A DNA stretch of 63,963 nt, the filler included. It is 7 parts of 7 records of this genome, joined end to end, with 100 filler letters (N's around TTAATTAATTAA, not from the genome) between each part and the next. Parts side by side here need not be neighbours in the genome. Positions count along the whole stretch, not along the records: positions 37,656 to 43,733 come from DRR723986_18879; positions 43,834 to 52,914 come from DRR723986_18885; 5 more parts are not named here. One strand, given 5' to 3'. The position numbers and the translations under genes are program-made. Positions 40,862 to 50,736 of this stretch are shown in pieces (position 1 is the stretch's first letter; each line of letters begins with the position of its first letter). Below the pieces are notes generated by a model. The model searched no databases and had not been told where the DNA came from. It saw nothing but the letters and a program-made list of their open reading frames with translations.

Positions 40862-41760
40862 GAGGCATCCTCGATCATCCAGCGGCAAAGCTGGCCAAAG
40901 CTGATGCCAACCGCCTGCGCCTGCTCGGGCGTCAGCGATGTGGCGGTCATGCCGGGTTGCGTATTGGTTTCCAACACCACCAACCCGCCCAGGCCATGGC
41001 GATCATCCCAGCGAAAATCGGTGCGGCTGACACCGCGACAGCCCAGCACCTGATGCGCACGCAGCGCATAGGCCATGCAGGCATCGAAAATCTCGGCGGG
41101 CACATCGGCGGGCACCACATGGTGCGAGCCGCCGGGCGTGTATTTGGCGCTGTAATCATACCAGCCATCGGTGATGATTTCTGTCACCGTCAGCGGCCTG
41201 TCATCCATCACCGAAACGGTCAATTCGCGCCCCGGCGCATAGGCCTCGACCATCACAACATCGGGCATATCCGGCGCCATCACCGGGGCATTGGCCCCCT
41301 CGGCCACGATATAAACCCCCACGCTGGAGCCTTCGTTATAAGGCTTTACAACATAGGGCGGCGCCATCACATGGCCTGCCTGCACCGCATCTTTGCTGGC
41401 CAAGAGACTATCGACCACAGGCAAGCCATGGGCGCGATAGACGTCTTTGGTTTTTTGCTTGTCGATACACAAGGCCGAGGCCAGCACGCCCGAATGCGAA
41501 TAGGGCAGGCGCAACCATTCCAGCATGCCTTGCACGCAGCCATCCTCGCCCCAGCGGCCATGCAGGGCGTTTAACACGACATCGGGCGCGATTTCTGACA
41601 ATTGCAGGGGCAAATCTGGCCCTGCATCCACTTCGACCACCGCGAAGCCTTCTTCCCTCAGTGCCGCAGCGCATGCGCGCCCTGTGCTAAGCGACACCTC
41701 GCGCTCGGACGAGAGGCCACCCATAATCACCGCCACTTTGGGGCTTGTCCTGCTCGACAT
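40849..41760 (-). CDS. ddl: D-alanine--D-alanine ligase
   Basis: MGGLSSEREVS, LHGRWGEDG, EGSSVG, ETNTQPGMT. Confidence 0.96.
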   Translation of the reverse strand: MSSRTSPKVAVIMGGLSSEREVSLSTGRACAAALREEGFAVVEVDAGPDLPLQLSEIAPDVVLNALHGRWGEDGCVQGMLEWLRLPYSHSGVLASALCIDKQKTKDVYRAHGLPVVDSLLASKDAVQAGHVMAPPYVVKPYNEGSSVGVYIVAEGANAPVMAPDMPDVVMVEAYAPGRELTVSVMDDRPLTVTEIITDGWYDYSAKYTPGGSHHVVPADVPAEIFDACMAYALRAHQVLGCRGVSRTDFRWDDRHGLGGLVVLETNTQPGMTATSLTPEQAQAVGISFGQLCRWMIEDASCNR

Positions 41761-41826
41761 TGCCACCGTGTGCCTCTGTATGCGGGCCTGTTTCGGCCCT
41801 TTTTTTGTTAACCTGCAAGCGCCCGA

Positions 41827-42777
41827 TTATACAGCGCCCGTCTTTTTGCCTGCCGGGGCCGGTTCGCCGACCCTTCTGATCTCCCATTCTAGCGTGATAC
41901 CGCTGGAATCGTAAACCTTTTTTCGCACCAATTCGCCAAGGTTTTCCAGATCTTGGGCACTGGCCGTGCCGGTGTTGATTAAGAAATTGGGGTGTTTTGG
42001 GCTCATCTGTGCGCCACCCAGCGTGGCGCCGCGCAAACCGGCGTCGTCGATCACCTTCCAGGCCTTTAACGCGTGGCTGTCATCGGCCTGCCCGGTCGAG
42101 GAAAACCCCGCCGGGTTCCGAAAGGTTGAGCCGGCGCTGCGGTCTTTCGTGGGTTGGGTGGCATCGCGTTTGGCCAGCTGATCGGCCATGCGCGCAGCCA
42201 AGGCATCGGGCGCGCCACTGGGGCCTTTCAGCAGCACCGACACAATCACCCAATCATCGGGCAACACACTGTGACGATAGGAAAATTTCAGATCGTCCGA
42301 ATAAAGCGTATGCGCCTTGCCCTGCCGGTCGATCACCCGCGCCTGTTGGAAAATATCGGCCATATAGCTGCCATAACAGCCCGCATTCATGCGCACAGCC
42401 CCGCCAATGCTGCCGGGGATGGTGCGCAAAAATGTCAGATCCATGCCCAATTCGGCCGCGCGCCGCGCCACATGCGCATCCAAGGCCGCCGCCCCCACGC
42501 GCAGGCCATCCGCCTCGGGGGTGATGGCGTTAAACCCGCGCCCCAGCCGCACCACAACCGCCCGCAGGCCGCCATCGCGCACGATCAGGTTCGATCCGAC
42601 GCCCATGGGAAAAACAGCGATTTCGGCGGGCAAGGCGGCCAAAAACTGTGCCAAATCTGCCTCGTCTGCAGGTTGAAACAGCCAATCCGCCGGCCCGCCC
42701 ACCCGCAGCCAGGTTAGATCGGCCAGCGCGCGGTTTGGCGTCAGCGTGCCACGGCACGGGGGAAGGGGCTGGGTCAT
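41827..42777 (-). CDS. murB: UDP-N-acetylmuramate dehydrogenase
   Basis: [37 protein letters not shown]. Confidence 0.96.
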   Translation of the reverse strand: MTQPLPPCRGTLTPNRALADLTWLRVGGPADWLFQPADEADLAQFLAALPAEIAVFPMGVGSNLIVRDGGLRAVVVRLGRGFNAITPEADGLRVGAAALDAHVARRAAELGMDLTFLRTIPGSIGGAVRMNAGCYGSYMADIFQQARVIDRQGKAHTLYSDDLKFSYRHSVLPDDWVIVSVLLKGPSGAPDALAARMADQLAKRDATQPTKDRSAGSTFRNPAGFSSTGQADDSHALKAWKVIDDAGLRGATLGGAQMSPKHPNFLINTGTASAQDLENLGELVRKKVYDSSGITLEWEIRRVGEPAPAGKKTGAV

Positions 42778-42822
42778 CTGGGCAAACCTTTCGCCAAAGG
42801 GGGCGCTATCGTGGCCACCGCC

Positions 42823-43733
42823 CTAGCCCCGCAGCCGCGCGGGCAGCCCATTGGCCCAAGCGCTGATCGTGCCTGCCCCAAGGCAGACCACCATATCACC
42901 GGGGCGGGCCTGTTCGCGCACAAGCCTTTCCAGATCGTCCTCGCTGGTCACTGCGCGTGCATGGCGGTGGCCATGGCGGATCAGCCCCGCCACCAGATCA
43001 TCGCGGCTGGCACCGGCGATGGGTGTCTCGCCCGCGGCGTAAACCTCGGCAATGCCCACAACATCGGCATCGTTGAAACAGGTGCAGAAATCTTCAAACA
43101 GATTGGACAGGCGCGAATAACGGTGGGGTTGATGCACTGCAATCACCCGCCCGTTTGTGGCCTGCCGCGCCGCGCGCAAAACGGCAGCGATTTCCACCGG
43201 ATGGTGGCCGTAATCATCGATGATCGTCACGCCATCCACCTCGCCCACCTTGGTAAAGCGGCGGTTCACCCCGCCGAAAGCTGCCAAAGCCTGGCGGATT
43301 TCCGCGGCCTTCATGCCCAAATGCCGGGCCACAGCCACAGCCGCCAAGGCGTTGCTGACGTTGTGATCGCCGGGCATAGGCAGGGTGCAGCCCTCGATTT
43401 TCACATCCTCGCCCTGCAGCCAGATATCAAAATGCGCCACCCCCGCCTGATAGCGCAGGTTCACCGCACGCACATCGGCCTGGGCGTTAAAGCCAAAAGT
43501 CACCACCCGGCGGTCGGTGATGCGCCCCACCAGCGCCTGCACCTCGGGGTGATCGGTGCAGCACACGGCAATGCCGTAAAACGGAATATTCGAGACGAAA
43601 TCGTAAAACCCCTGGCGCAGGTTTTCGATACTGCCCCAATGTTCCATATGTTCGGGGTCGATATTGGTGACAATCGCAATCGTGGCCGGCAGGCGGTTGA
43701 ACGTGCCGTCGCTTTCATCGGCCTCGACCACCA
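42823..43733 (-). CDS. murC: UDP-N-acetylmuramate--L-alanine ligase (5' truncated)
   Basis: [28 protein letters not shown]. Confidence 0.96.
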
Positions 43734-43833
43734 NNNNNNNNNNNNNNNNNNNNNNNNNNNNNNNNNNNNNNNNNNNNTTAATTAATTAANNNNNNNNNNN
43801 NNNNNNNNNNNNNNNNNNNNNNNNNNNNNNNNN
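43734..43833. other. Artificial contig spacer
   Basis: N-run with TTAATTAATTAA. Confidence 0.99.
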
Positions 43834-44510
43834 CGCCGGCCCAGGAGCGCTACGCCCTGGACGATATCCGTTTTCTGGAGCCACTCTACGGCTGGGTGTT
43901 GACCAACCTGAGGCAAAGAAACCTGGAGCATGCTTTGGCGGATGAATCCAGCCGGTTTGCCAGTGAGGCCGCTACCCAGGAAGACCCGGAGCAGCATTAT
44001 CTGAAACTCCGGGGCGGCTGGACCCTGAACCGGGAACAGCAAGCGGTTCTCCGGGCACTGGTCGCCTGGCGCGAGCAGGAGTGTCGACGCCAGGACCGGC
44101 CACGCAACAGGATCCTGAACGATGGCTTGCTGATTGCCATTGCTGAGCGTTTGCCGTCATCTGCTGCGGTGATCAGGGATGTTCAGGGCGTACCCGGGGG
44201 GGTAGTTAAACGTTATGGCGAGCAGTTGGTTGTACTTGTGCAGGCCGCCCGTGCTACCGATAATTCCGGGCTCGAGCTCATCCCCAGACCGCTGAGCCGG
44301 GATCAGCAAGCGCTTTACAAGAAAGTTAAGCGTTACTTTAGTAATGCCGCGGAACGCGTTGATATTCCAATGGAATTGTTGGCGCCGCGTAAGCGTATTG
44401 AGAAGCTGATCCAGGATGGCACCCTGGCAGGCCAGGCGTTTTTTGAGGGCTGGCGCGCGCAGATTATCGCGCCGGTAAAGCAAGATATTGAGGAACTGCT
44501 CAGCCAATGA
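43834..44510 (+). CDS. rnd: Ribonuclease D (5' truncated)
   Basis: QERYALDD exonuclease motif III, HRDC (WRE...DRPRNRIL), GWR; synteny with ycgL/ycgN. Confidence 0.9.
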
Positions 44511-44800
44511 CTGAACGTGAATTTGTATCGGTGTTTCGCAGCAGCAAGAAAGGCGACACCTATCTCTTTGTTCGCCGCGGGCAAAAGTGGGACGATTTAC
44601 CGGAGGCGCTGAGAGGTATTTTCGGTTCGCCCATCCACTCGATGGATCTGCTGCTAACGCCAGACAAAAAGCTTGCGCGCACAACCGGGAAGGAAGTGTT
44701 GGCAGCAATCGACGAAAAGGACTTTTTCCTGCAGATGCCGGAAGAGCAGGACACCTACATCGTGGACTTCAAACGCAAGATCGAGCAACACCGGAAATGA
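44507..44800 (+). CDS. ycgL: YcgL domain protein
   Basis: RSSKK..TYLFV, LPEAL..FG, KKLAR, FLQMP. Confidence 0.9.
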   Translation: MTEREFVSVFRSSKKGDTYLFVRRGQKWDDLPEALRGIFGSPIHSMDLLLTPDKKLARTTGKEVLAAIDEKDFFLQMPEEQDTYIVDFKRKIEQHRK

Positions 44801-45243
44801 TTGCACAGATTCCCTTCTGGCAGCGCAAACGACTGGCAGAGATGACCCAGCCGGAATGGGAATCCCTGTGTGATGGCTGCGGTAAGTGTTGTTTGCAAAA
44901 GCTGGAGGATGAGGATACGGGGGAGGTGTATCACACCGATCTTGTATGCCGTTACATGGACCTGGATACCTGTGGCTGTACGGTCTATGAGCAACGATTG
45001 AAAAAGGTACCGGGGTGTACGGTACTGACCGCCGATACGGTTCTCAGCTACCACTGGTTACCATACACCTGTGCGTACCGGACCCTCGCCGAGGGAAGGC
45101 CTCTGCCGGACTGGCACCCGCTTCGCAGCGGAGATCCTGATACCGTTCATCAAGCCCGTGTTTCGGTGCGGGGAAACGTGGTGTCGGAAGATTCTGTGCC
45201 GGAAGAGGATTGGGAAGAACACATTATTCACTGGATTCTGTAA
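44797..45243 (+). CDS. ycgN: YcgN family cysteine cluster protein
   Basis: EWESLCDGCGKCC, WLPYTCAYR, WHPL. Confidence 0.93.
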   Translation: MIAQIPFWQRKRLAEMTQPEWESLCDGCGKCCLQKLEDEDTGEVYHTDLVCRYMDLDTCGCTVYEQRLKKVPGCTVLTADTVLSYHWLPYTCAYRTLAEGRPLPDWHPLRSGDPDTVHQARVSVRGNVVSEDSVPEEDWEEHIIHWIL

Positions 45244-45587
45244 TGATGGATACAGACGCTTCACTCGCTTATGGAGTTTTCTGGGCGGCCTATGCAGTCG
45301 CTTTCGTTGTGTTTTTCTACATGATGAAATCACTGTTCCGGGTATTGCCCTTTTACGGTCTGCGGACACTGCTTTTGTCTGCGCTTGTGGTGCTGGTGCT
45401 GACCCCCGTGGAATCGCCAGACGTGGCCGGCTGGTGGATACCGGCCTGGCTGTTTGCGGGCTATGAGCTGATTCTTGGCGACACCGATGCCGCCGGTCGC
45501 GCGCTGTTCAATTTCAGCATCGCCGCGATTGTTATGCTACTGGTATGGATACTTGATCTGGTTCGGTACCGGCTGGTTCGCAAATAG
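45243..45587 (+). CDS. Small membrane hypothetical protein
   Basis: Three to four hydrophobic segments, LTP...WIPAW; coupled to ycgN stop. Confidence 0.75.
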   Translation: MMDTDASLAYGVFWAAYAVAFVVFFYMMKSLFRVLPFYGLRTLLLSALVVLVLTPVESPDVAGWWIPAWLFAGYELILGDTDAAGRALFNFSIAAIVMLLVWILDLVRYRLVRK

Positions 45588-45626
45588 ACGATTTCTGAGA
45601 ACTACAAAAGATAAGGGCGCAGTTCA

Positions 45627-47774
45627 ATGAACGGGTTCAAACGCATTTGGGTGGCTGCAGCTTTGCTGCTGATTTCTTGGCAAGCAGGTGCGCAGGACCC
45701 GGCACTGTCTCTGCCCGGCAATGCAGATGTGCGGATTGTGGTGGATATTTCCGGCTCCATGAAGGAAACCGATCCACAGAATCTCCGCCGCCCGGCGGTT
45801 CGTCTGCTGGCCCGGACATTGCCGGAAGGTGCCAGTGCCGGTCTCTGGACTTTCGGGCAGTACGTTAACATGCTGGTGCCCTACGGTGTGGTTGACCAGT
45901 CCTGGCGCGACACTGCTATTGAGCGTTCCGAGCAGATCAATTCGGTAGCTCTGCATACGAACCTCGGTTTGGCTATGGAGAAAGCCGCCAACGACTGGTT
46001 GTCTGGCGGTACCCTCGAGAACACCCATCTTATTGTCCTCAGCGATGGCAAGGTCGACGTGCCAGGCGGTGACGACGCAAGTCAGGCAGAGGAAAAACGC
46101 ATAGTCGATTCCTTGTTGCCAGCGCTGAAAGACAAGGGCGCCACGATTCATACGGTTGGTCTGTCTGAGAAAGCGGACATCCGGTTTCTTCGTAACCTGG
46201 CCCGGGAAACCGGTGGCAGTTTCCAGCTGGCGCAATCTGCCGAGGCGTTGAATCTGGCGTTTGCCAATGCGCTGAATACCGCAGTGCCGCAGGAACAGGT
46301 TCCCATTGAGGGCGATGGCTTTGCCGTTGATGATGGCATCAGCGAGTTTACGGCACTGATCTTCTCAGGACAGGATGCTTCTGGCGAAGAGCCGTTGGCA
46401 CTTGCACAGCCTGGTGGTGAGCCGTTCACCCGGGAGAGCGCTCCGGATAATGTCCGTTGGGCATCTGAGCCGGGCTATGATCTGATCACCGTTACTGAAC
46501 CGGTCTCGGGCCGCTGGCGTATCGTTGGCGATCTTGGCCAGGGGAGCCGCGTGACGGTGGTCAGTGATCTGCGCATGGCCGTGAATCCGATTCCCGCTGA
46601 GTTTACCGAAGAGCAGCCTCTGGCCATTGAAGTGGCTTTTTTTGAGGAAGCCGAAAAGATTACCGGGTCAGACTTTCTCTCGGTCATGGACGTTAGCCTG
46701 TCGATAACCGCGAGTGATGGTCGGCAAGGTACCAAGGTTTTGTCTCCCGATACCCCGCCGGAAGACGGCGTATATCGGGACACCGTACCCAGATTGCCTG
46801 CACCTGGCCGCTATCAGGTTGATGTGGTGGCGGATGGCGGAACTTTCTCCCGCAAATTCAGCGCCATGACGACGTTTACCGTGCCAGGGGAAGAGCCACC
46901 TCTGGAGGTGGTGACCGAACCCATGGTGCCAGACCTGTCTGAACAGGCGGAGCCGCTGCCGGATTTTGATGGCGGAGCCAACTCTTCAGAACCGGAGCCG
47001 CCAGTGGAAGCTGAGCCTCCGGTCGAAGCCCCGGTTCAGGAATCTGAGCCGGAACCAGAGCCAGAGCCAGCATCGGTCGTTGAGCCGGAGCCCGAAGCGC
47101 CGGTCGAACAGCCGATCGCTGACACGGAGCCGGAGAAGGGTACCCTTCTGGGTATCCCGGTTTGGGCCTGGGGTGCTGGCGCAGCCTTGCTGGTTGCTAT
47201 CGTGGGCCTTGGTTTGTTTGCATGGCGTCAGAAAAAAGCGAGGGCAGAACAGGAGCAGGCGGCAGCGGCTGAGCGTGAAACCCTGGAAGACCTGGCTGAA
47301 GAGTCTGAGGAGCCACCAGTGGTTGAGCCGGAGCCTCCGGCAGCGGCGGCGTCAGAGTCGGTGGAAGCGGAGGCTGAACCTGAACCTGCCCCGGAAAAAG
47401 AGCCAGAGCTGGCGTCTGCCGAAGAGCCGGAACCGGAACCTGAAGACATTCCGGAACTCTCGCAAGCTGACAGCGAACCGGACGAGATTTCGGATGAGGC
47501 CGTACCCGAAGTAACGGAAGAGCTGCCATCGGCTGAACTGGAACCGGAAGAGGATGACATCCCCTTGGCAGACGATACGGTTGGCGCCGAGGCGGAGCCA
47601 GATCCTTCTGAAGCTGATGAGATCAGCGAGTCGGAGTTCGACATTGATGAGGACGAGTTTGGTCTGGAAGACTTCGACCTCTCCGAATTCGACGATTTGC
47701 CCGATTATGATGAAGAGTCTCCGGAGGACGAAAAATCCAAACCGGCGGACAAGAAAGAGAATCCGAAAAAGTAA
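45627..47774 (+). CDS. Membrane-anchored VWA domain protein with acidic tail
   Basis: Signal peptide, DISGSM MIDAS, LSDG, EP-repeat linker, TM, Glu/Asp-rich C-terminus. Confidence 0.85.
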   Translation: MNGFKRIWVAAALLLISWQAGAQDPALSLPGNADVRIVVDISGSMKETDPQNLRRPAVRLLARTLPEGASAGLWTFGQYVNMLVPYGVVDQSWRDTAIERSEQINSVALHTNLGLAMEKAANDWLSGGTLENTHLIVLSDGKVDVPGGDDASQAEEKRIVDSLLPALKDKGATIHTVGLSEKADIRFLRNLARETGGSFQLAQSAEALNLAFANALNTAVPQEQVPIEGDGFAVDDGISEFTALIFSGQDASGEEPLALAQPGGEPFTRESAPDNVRWASEPGYDLITVTEPVSGRWRIVGDLGQGSRVTVVSDLRMAVNPIPAEFTEEQPLAIEVAFFEEAEKITGSDFLSVMDVSLSITASDGRQGTKVLSPDTPPEDGVYRDTVPRLPAPGRYQVDVVADGGTFSRKFSAMTTFTVPGEEPPLEVVTEPMVPDLSEQAEPLPDFDGGANSSEPEPPVEAEPPVEAPVQESEPEPEPEPASVVEPEPEAPVEQPIADTEPEKGTLLGIPVWAWGAGAALLVAIVGLGLFAWRQKKARAEQEQAAAAERETLEDLAEESEEPPVVEPEPPAAAASESVEAEAEPEPAPEKEPELASAEEPEPEPEDIPELSQADSEPDEISDEAVPEVTEELPSAELEPEEDDIPLADDTVGAEAEPDPSEADEISESEFDIDEDEFGLEDFDLSEFDDLPDYDEESPEDEKSKPADKKENPKK

Positions 47775-47792
47775 CCAACAGGAATCAGACAC

Positions 47793-48635
47793 ATGAAGTT
47801 TACCGGCACCGATAAATACGTAGCCACCGATGACCTGCAAATGGCAGTCAATGCAGCGATCGCGCTGCAGCGTCCGTTGTTGATCAAGGGTGAACCCGGC
47901 ACCGGTAAAACCCTGCTGGCGGAGGAAATGGCCGCGGCGCTGGGAATGACTCTGATTCCCTGGCACATCAAGTCGACCACCAAGGCCCAGCAAGGCCTGT
48001 ACGAATATGATGCGGTGTCCCGCCTTCGGGATTCCCAACTCGGGGACGAGAAGGTCAAAGACATTCGCAACTACATTGTGAAGGGCAAGCTCTGGGAAGC
48101 CTTTGAGGCAGACGAGCAGGTGGTGCTGCTGATCGACGAAATTGACAAGGCGGATATCGAGTTCCCGAACGACCTGTTGCTGGAACTGGATCGAATGGAG
48201 TTTTTCGTTTACGAAACCCAGGAGTTTGTGAAAGCGAAGAAACGCCCGATTGTGGTCATCACCAGTAACAACGAGAAAGAGCTGCCAGATGCCTTCCTGC
48301 GCCGCTGCTTCTTCCACTACATCAGCTTCCCGGATCACGACACCATGAAGAACATCGTGGATGTTCACTTCCCGGGAATTCAGCAGCAGGTGGTGCGGGA
48401 TGCGCTGGAAGTGTTTTTTGACGTTCGCAAGGTGCCGGGGCTCAAGAAGAAGCCGTCGACATCCGAGCTGATCGACTGGCTCAAGTTGCTGATGGCGGAT
48501 GAGCTCTCTGCCAAAGCCCTGCAGGAGAAAGACTCCAGCTCGGCTCTGCCACCGCTCTATGGTGCCCTGGTGAAGAATGAGCAGGACGTTCATTTGCTTC
48601 AGAAGCTGGCTTTCATGGCGCGTCGCCGAAACTGA
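47793..48635 (+). CDS. MoxR family AAA+ ATPase
   Basis: GEPGTGKT, LIDEIDKAD, TSNNEKELPDAFLRRC. Confidence 0.94.
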   Translation: MKFTGTDKYVATDDLQMAVNAAIALQRPLLIKGEPGTGKTLLAEEMAAALGMTLIPWHIKSTTKAQQGLYEYDAVSRLRDSQLGDEKVKDIRNYIVKGKLWEAFEADEQVVLLIDEIDKADIEFPNDLLLELDRMEFFVYETQEFVKAKKRPIVVITSNNEKELPDAFLRRCFFHYISFPDHDTMKNIVDVHFPGIQQQVVRDALEVFFDVRKVPGLKKKPSTSELIDWLKLLMADELSAKALQEKDSSSALPPLYGALVKNEQDVHLLQKLAFMARRRN

Positions 48636-48657
48636 TCACCGACAAGAGCCCTGCTTT

Positions 48658-49836
48658 ATGTTGATTGATTTTTTCCTCGAAGTACGGCGGGCCAAGGTGC
48701 CGGCCAGTCTGCGGGAATTCCTGGACCTGCTGGAGGCCATTCAGCAGCGCCTGGCATTCGCAGACATGGAGGAGTTCTATTACCTGGCCAGGGTGTGCCT
48801 GGTTAAGGATGAGCGGCACTTTGACAAGTTTGATCGCGCCTTCCAGGCCTATTTTGAGGGCATCGAGAATCTCGATGATCTGCTCGAGGCGCTGATTCCG
48901 GACGATTGGCTGCGCGCCGAATTCGAGAAACACCTGACCGATGAAGAGAAAGCCAAGATCGAGTCTCTCGGCGGGCTGGAAGAGTTGATCGAAACCTTCA
49001 AGAAGCGCATGGAAGAGCAGAAGGAACGTCACGCCGGTGGTAACAAATGGATTGGTACCGGCGGAACCTCACCGTTTGGTGCCAACGGTTATAACCCGGA
49101 AGGCTTCCGCATCGGCCAGAACAAAGGTCGCCACGGCCGGGCGGTTAAAGTCTGGGAAAAGCGTGAATTCCGCGATCTGGACGACAGCATCACCCTCGGC
49201 ATCCGCAACATCAAGGTCGCCTTGCGCCGGCTGCGTAAATTCGCCCGACAGGGCGCGGCAGACCAGCTCGACATGGATGACACCATCCGCTCAACGGCCC
49301 GCAATGCAGGATACCTGGACCTGAAAATGGTTCCGGAGCGACACAACGCCGTGAAGGTTCTGATCTTTTTTGATGTGGGCGGTTCAATGGATCCTCACGT
49401 TCGGGTGTGTGAAGAGCTGTTCTCCGCGGCACGTCTTGAGTTCAAGCACATGGAGTATTTCTACTTCCACAATTTCATTTATGAAAGCGTGTGGAAGAAT
49501 AACATCCGTCGCATGAACGAGACGCTCAGCACCTGGGACATCCTGCATAAATATACGCCGGACTATAAGGTGATCTTTGTCGGGGATGCCACCATGGCGC
49601 CTTATGAGATCACGCATCCCGGTGGCTCTATCGAGCACTGGAATGAGGAAGCAGGCGCCACCTGGTTCCAGCGTGTGGCCGAGCATTTCCGAAAGGTGGT
49701 GTGGCTCAACCCGTTACCGGAAAGCTACTGGGGATCGGGTGGTTCACTGGGCATTACCCAGCAATTGGTCAATAATCATATGTACCCTTTGACCATTGAG
49801 GGGCTCGAATCGGCCATGAGGCAGTTGAGTAAATAA
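48658..49836 (+). CDS. CoxE-like VWA protein
   Basis: DVGGSM, YFHN, VGDA, WLNP; adjacent to MoxR. Confidence 0.92.
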   Translation: MLIDFFLEVRRAKVPASLREFLDLLEAIQQRLAFADMEEFYYLARVCLVKDERHFDKFDRAFQAYFEGIENLDDLLEALIPDDWLRAEFEKHLTDEEKAKIESLGGLEELIETFKKRMEEQKERHAGGNKWIGTGGTSPFGANGYNPEGFRIGQNKGRHGRAVKVWEKREFRDLDDSITLGIRNIKVALRRLRKFARQGAADQLDMDDTIRSTARNAGYLDLKMVPERHNAVKVLIFFDVGGSMDPHVRVCEELFSAARLEFKHMEYFYFHNFIYESVWKNNIRRMNETLSTWDILHKYTPDYKVIFVGDATMAPYEITHPGGSIEHWNEEAGATWFQRVAEHFRKVVWLNPLPESYWGSGGSLGITQQLVNNHMYPLTIEGLESAMRQLSK

Positions 49837-49866
49837 AAAAAAGCCGATGCGGTTGAGGGCATCGGC
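49835..49866 (-). terminator. Intrinsic terminator, minus orientation
   Basis: GCCGATGC-CCTCAACC-GCATCGGC-TTTTTTTT on minus strand. Confidence 0.8.
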
Positions 49867-49955
49867 AAGGCTCGGCATATTCAAGCGGGGGTTGCCCGAA
49901 AGGCGCTCCCGCCATCTCTGGTAGAGCAATTCCGGGGCCATGCCCCTGTATCTGC
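49835..49955 (-). ncRNA. Candidate small RNA
   Basis: Minus-strand terminator with T8, three upstream hairpins, -10-like GATACT, no credible ORF. Confidence 0.5.
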
Positions 49956-50181
49956 TTTTAGTATCAATAAGTTGCCTCGTCATAGGGCCGTCCGGTCCTT
50001 TGTGATCCGCCTCCCTTTTCTTTGTTTCTGTCAAATTAGTCGACGCTTTTCGTTGCCGATACCCGGCCAAATGCTCATTTGGTGAAATGGATACCGTTCT
50101 TGGTTGTTAGCGGGTGTTACTCTTTATTTCGAAATGTTACCTGAGCCGCGCACCAGCGCGGCCCGGCAAGGCAGGAAAGTG

Positions 50182-50730
50182 ATGTTCGGCAGACAAAAAC
50201 CACAAAAGTGCCGGATTGCCCCAGGGATCAGGGGGCTTTGTATATCCGGAATGATCATTGCCGCGATGGCGGCAACCTCCCACGCATCGTCGCTCGATGA
50301 GCAGATCGAGCGTCTGAACGCTGACATTACCCGGCATACCGCAAGTGTGCATGCCCTCGAGCAGAAACTGCTGCACCCGGTGAATACCCGGGTGGCGGTC
50401 TTTCTGTCGTTGGCGAACAGGCAAGCCCTTGAGCTGGATTCGGTAGAACTGTTCGTCAATGAGCAGCCGGTTACCGCTCATCTGTACACAGAAAACGAAC
50501 GGAGCTCACTGGGCCAGGGCGGTGTACATCAACTGTTTATCGGCAACCTCGCGGACGGAAGACATACTCTCAAGGCAGTGATCAACGCCCGGGCGGCCAA
50601 CAATCGTTTCGTGCGCCGGGAGATTGTCCACGATTTCCGGAAACAGCCCGGCACTTTGCGCCTGCAGATGACGCTGAACGCCAAGGCACCGGACTATGAA
50701 CCGGAAGTCTCATTTGTTGAGTGGAAATAA
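50182..50730 (+). CDS. Exported hypothetical protein, first gene of TPR cluster
   Basis: Signal-like stretch, LEQKLLHPVNTRVAVFLS, HLYT..E..L..GGVHQLFIGNL..G.H; start uncertain. Confidence 0.75.
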   Translation: MFGRQKPQKCRIAPGIRGLCISGMIIAAMAATSHASSLDEQIERLNADITRHTASVHALEQKLLHPVNTRVAVFLSLANRQALELDSVELFVNEQPVTAHLYTENERSSLGQGGVHQLFIGNLADGRHTLKAVINARAANNRFVRREIVHDFRKQPGTLRLQMTLNAKAPDYEPEVSFVEWK

Positions 50731-50736
50731 CCGGCC

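Noticed and set aside
37656..43733. dcw contig examined for novelty
   Set aside because: Ordinary murC-murB-ddl-ftsQ-ftsA-ftsZ order with canonical motifs.
46990..47450. GAGCCG/GAACCG repeats
   Set aside because: Codons of Glu-Pro low-complexity linkers, not an array.
49744..50070. 108-aa minus-strand ORF over the sRNA candidate
   Set aside because: Reads through a strong terminator into the opposite-strand gene; no protein features.
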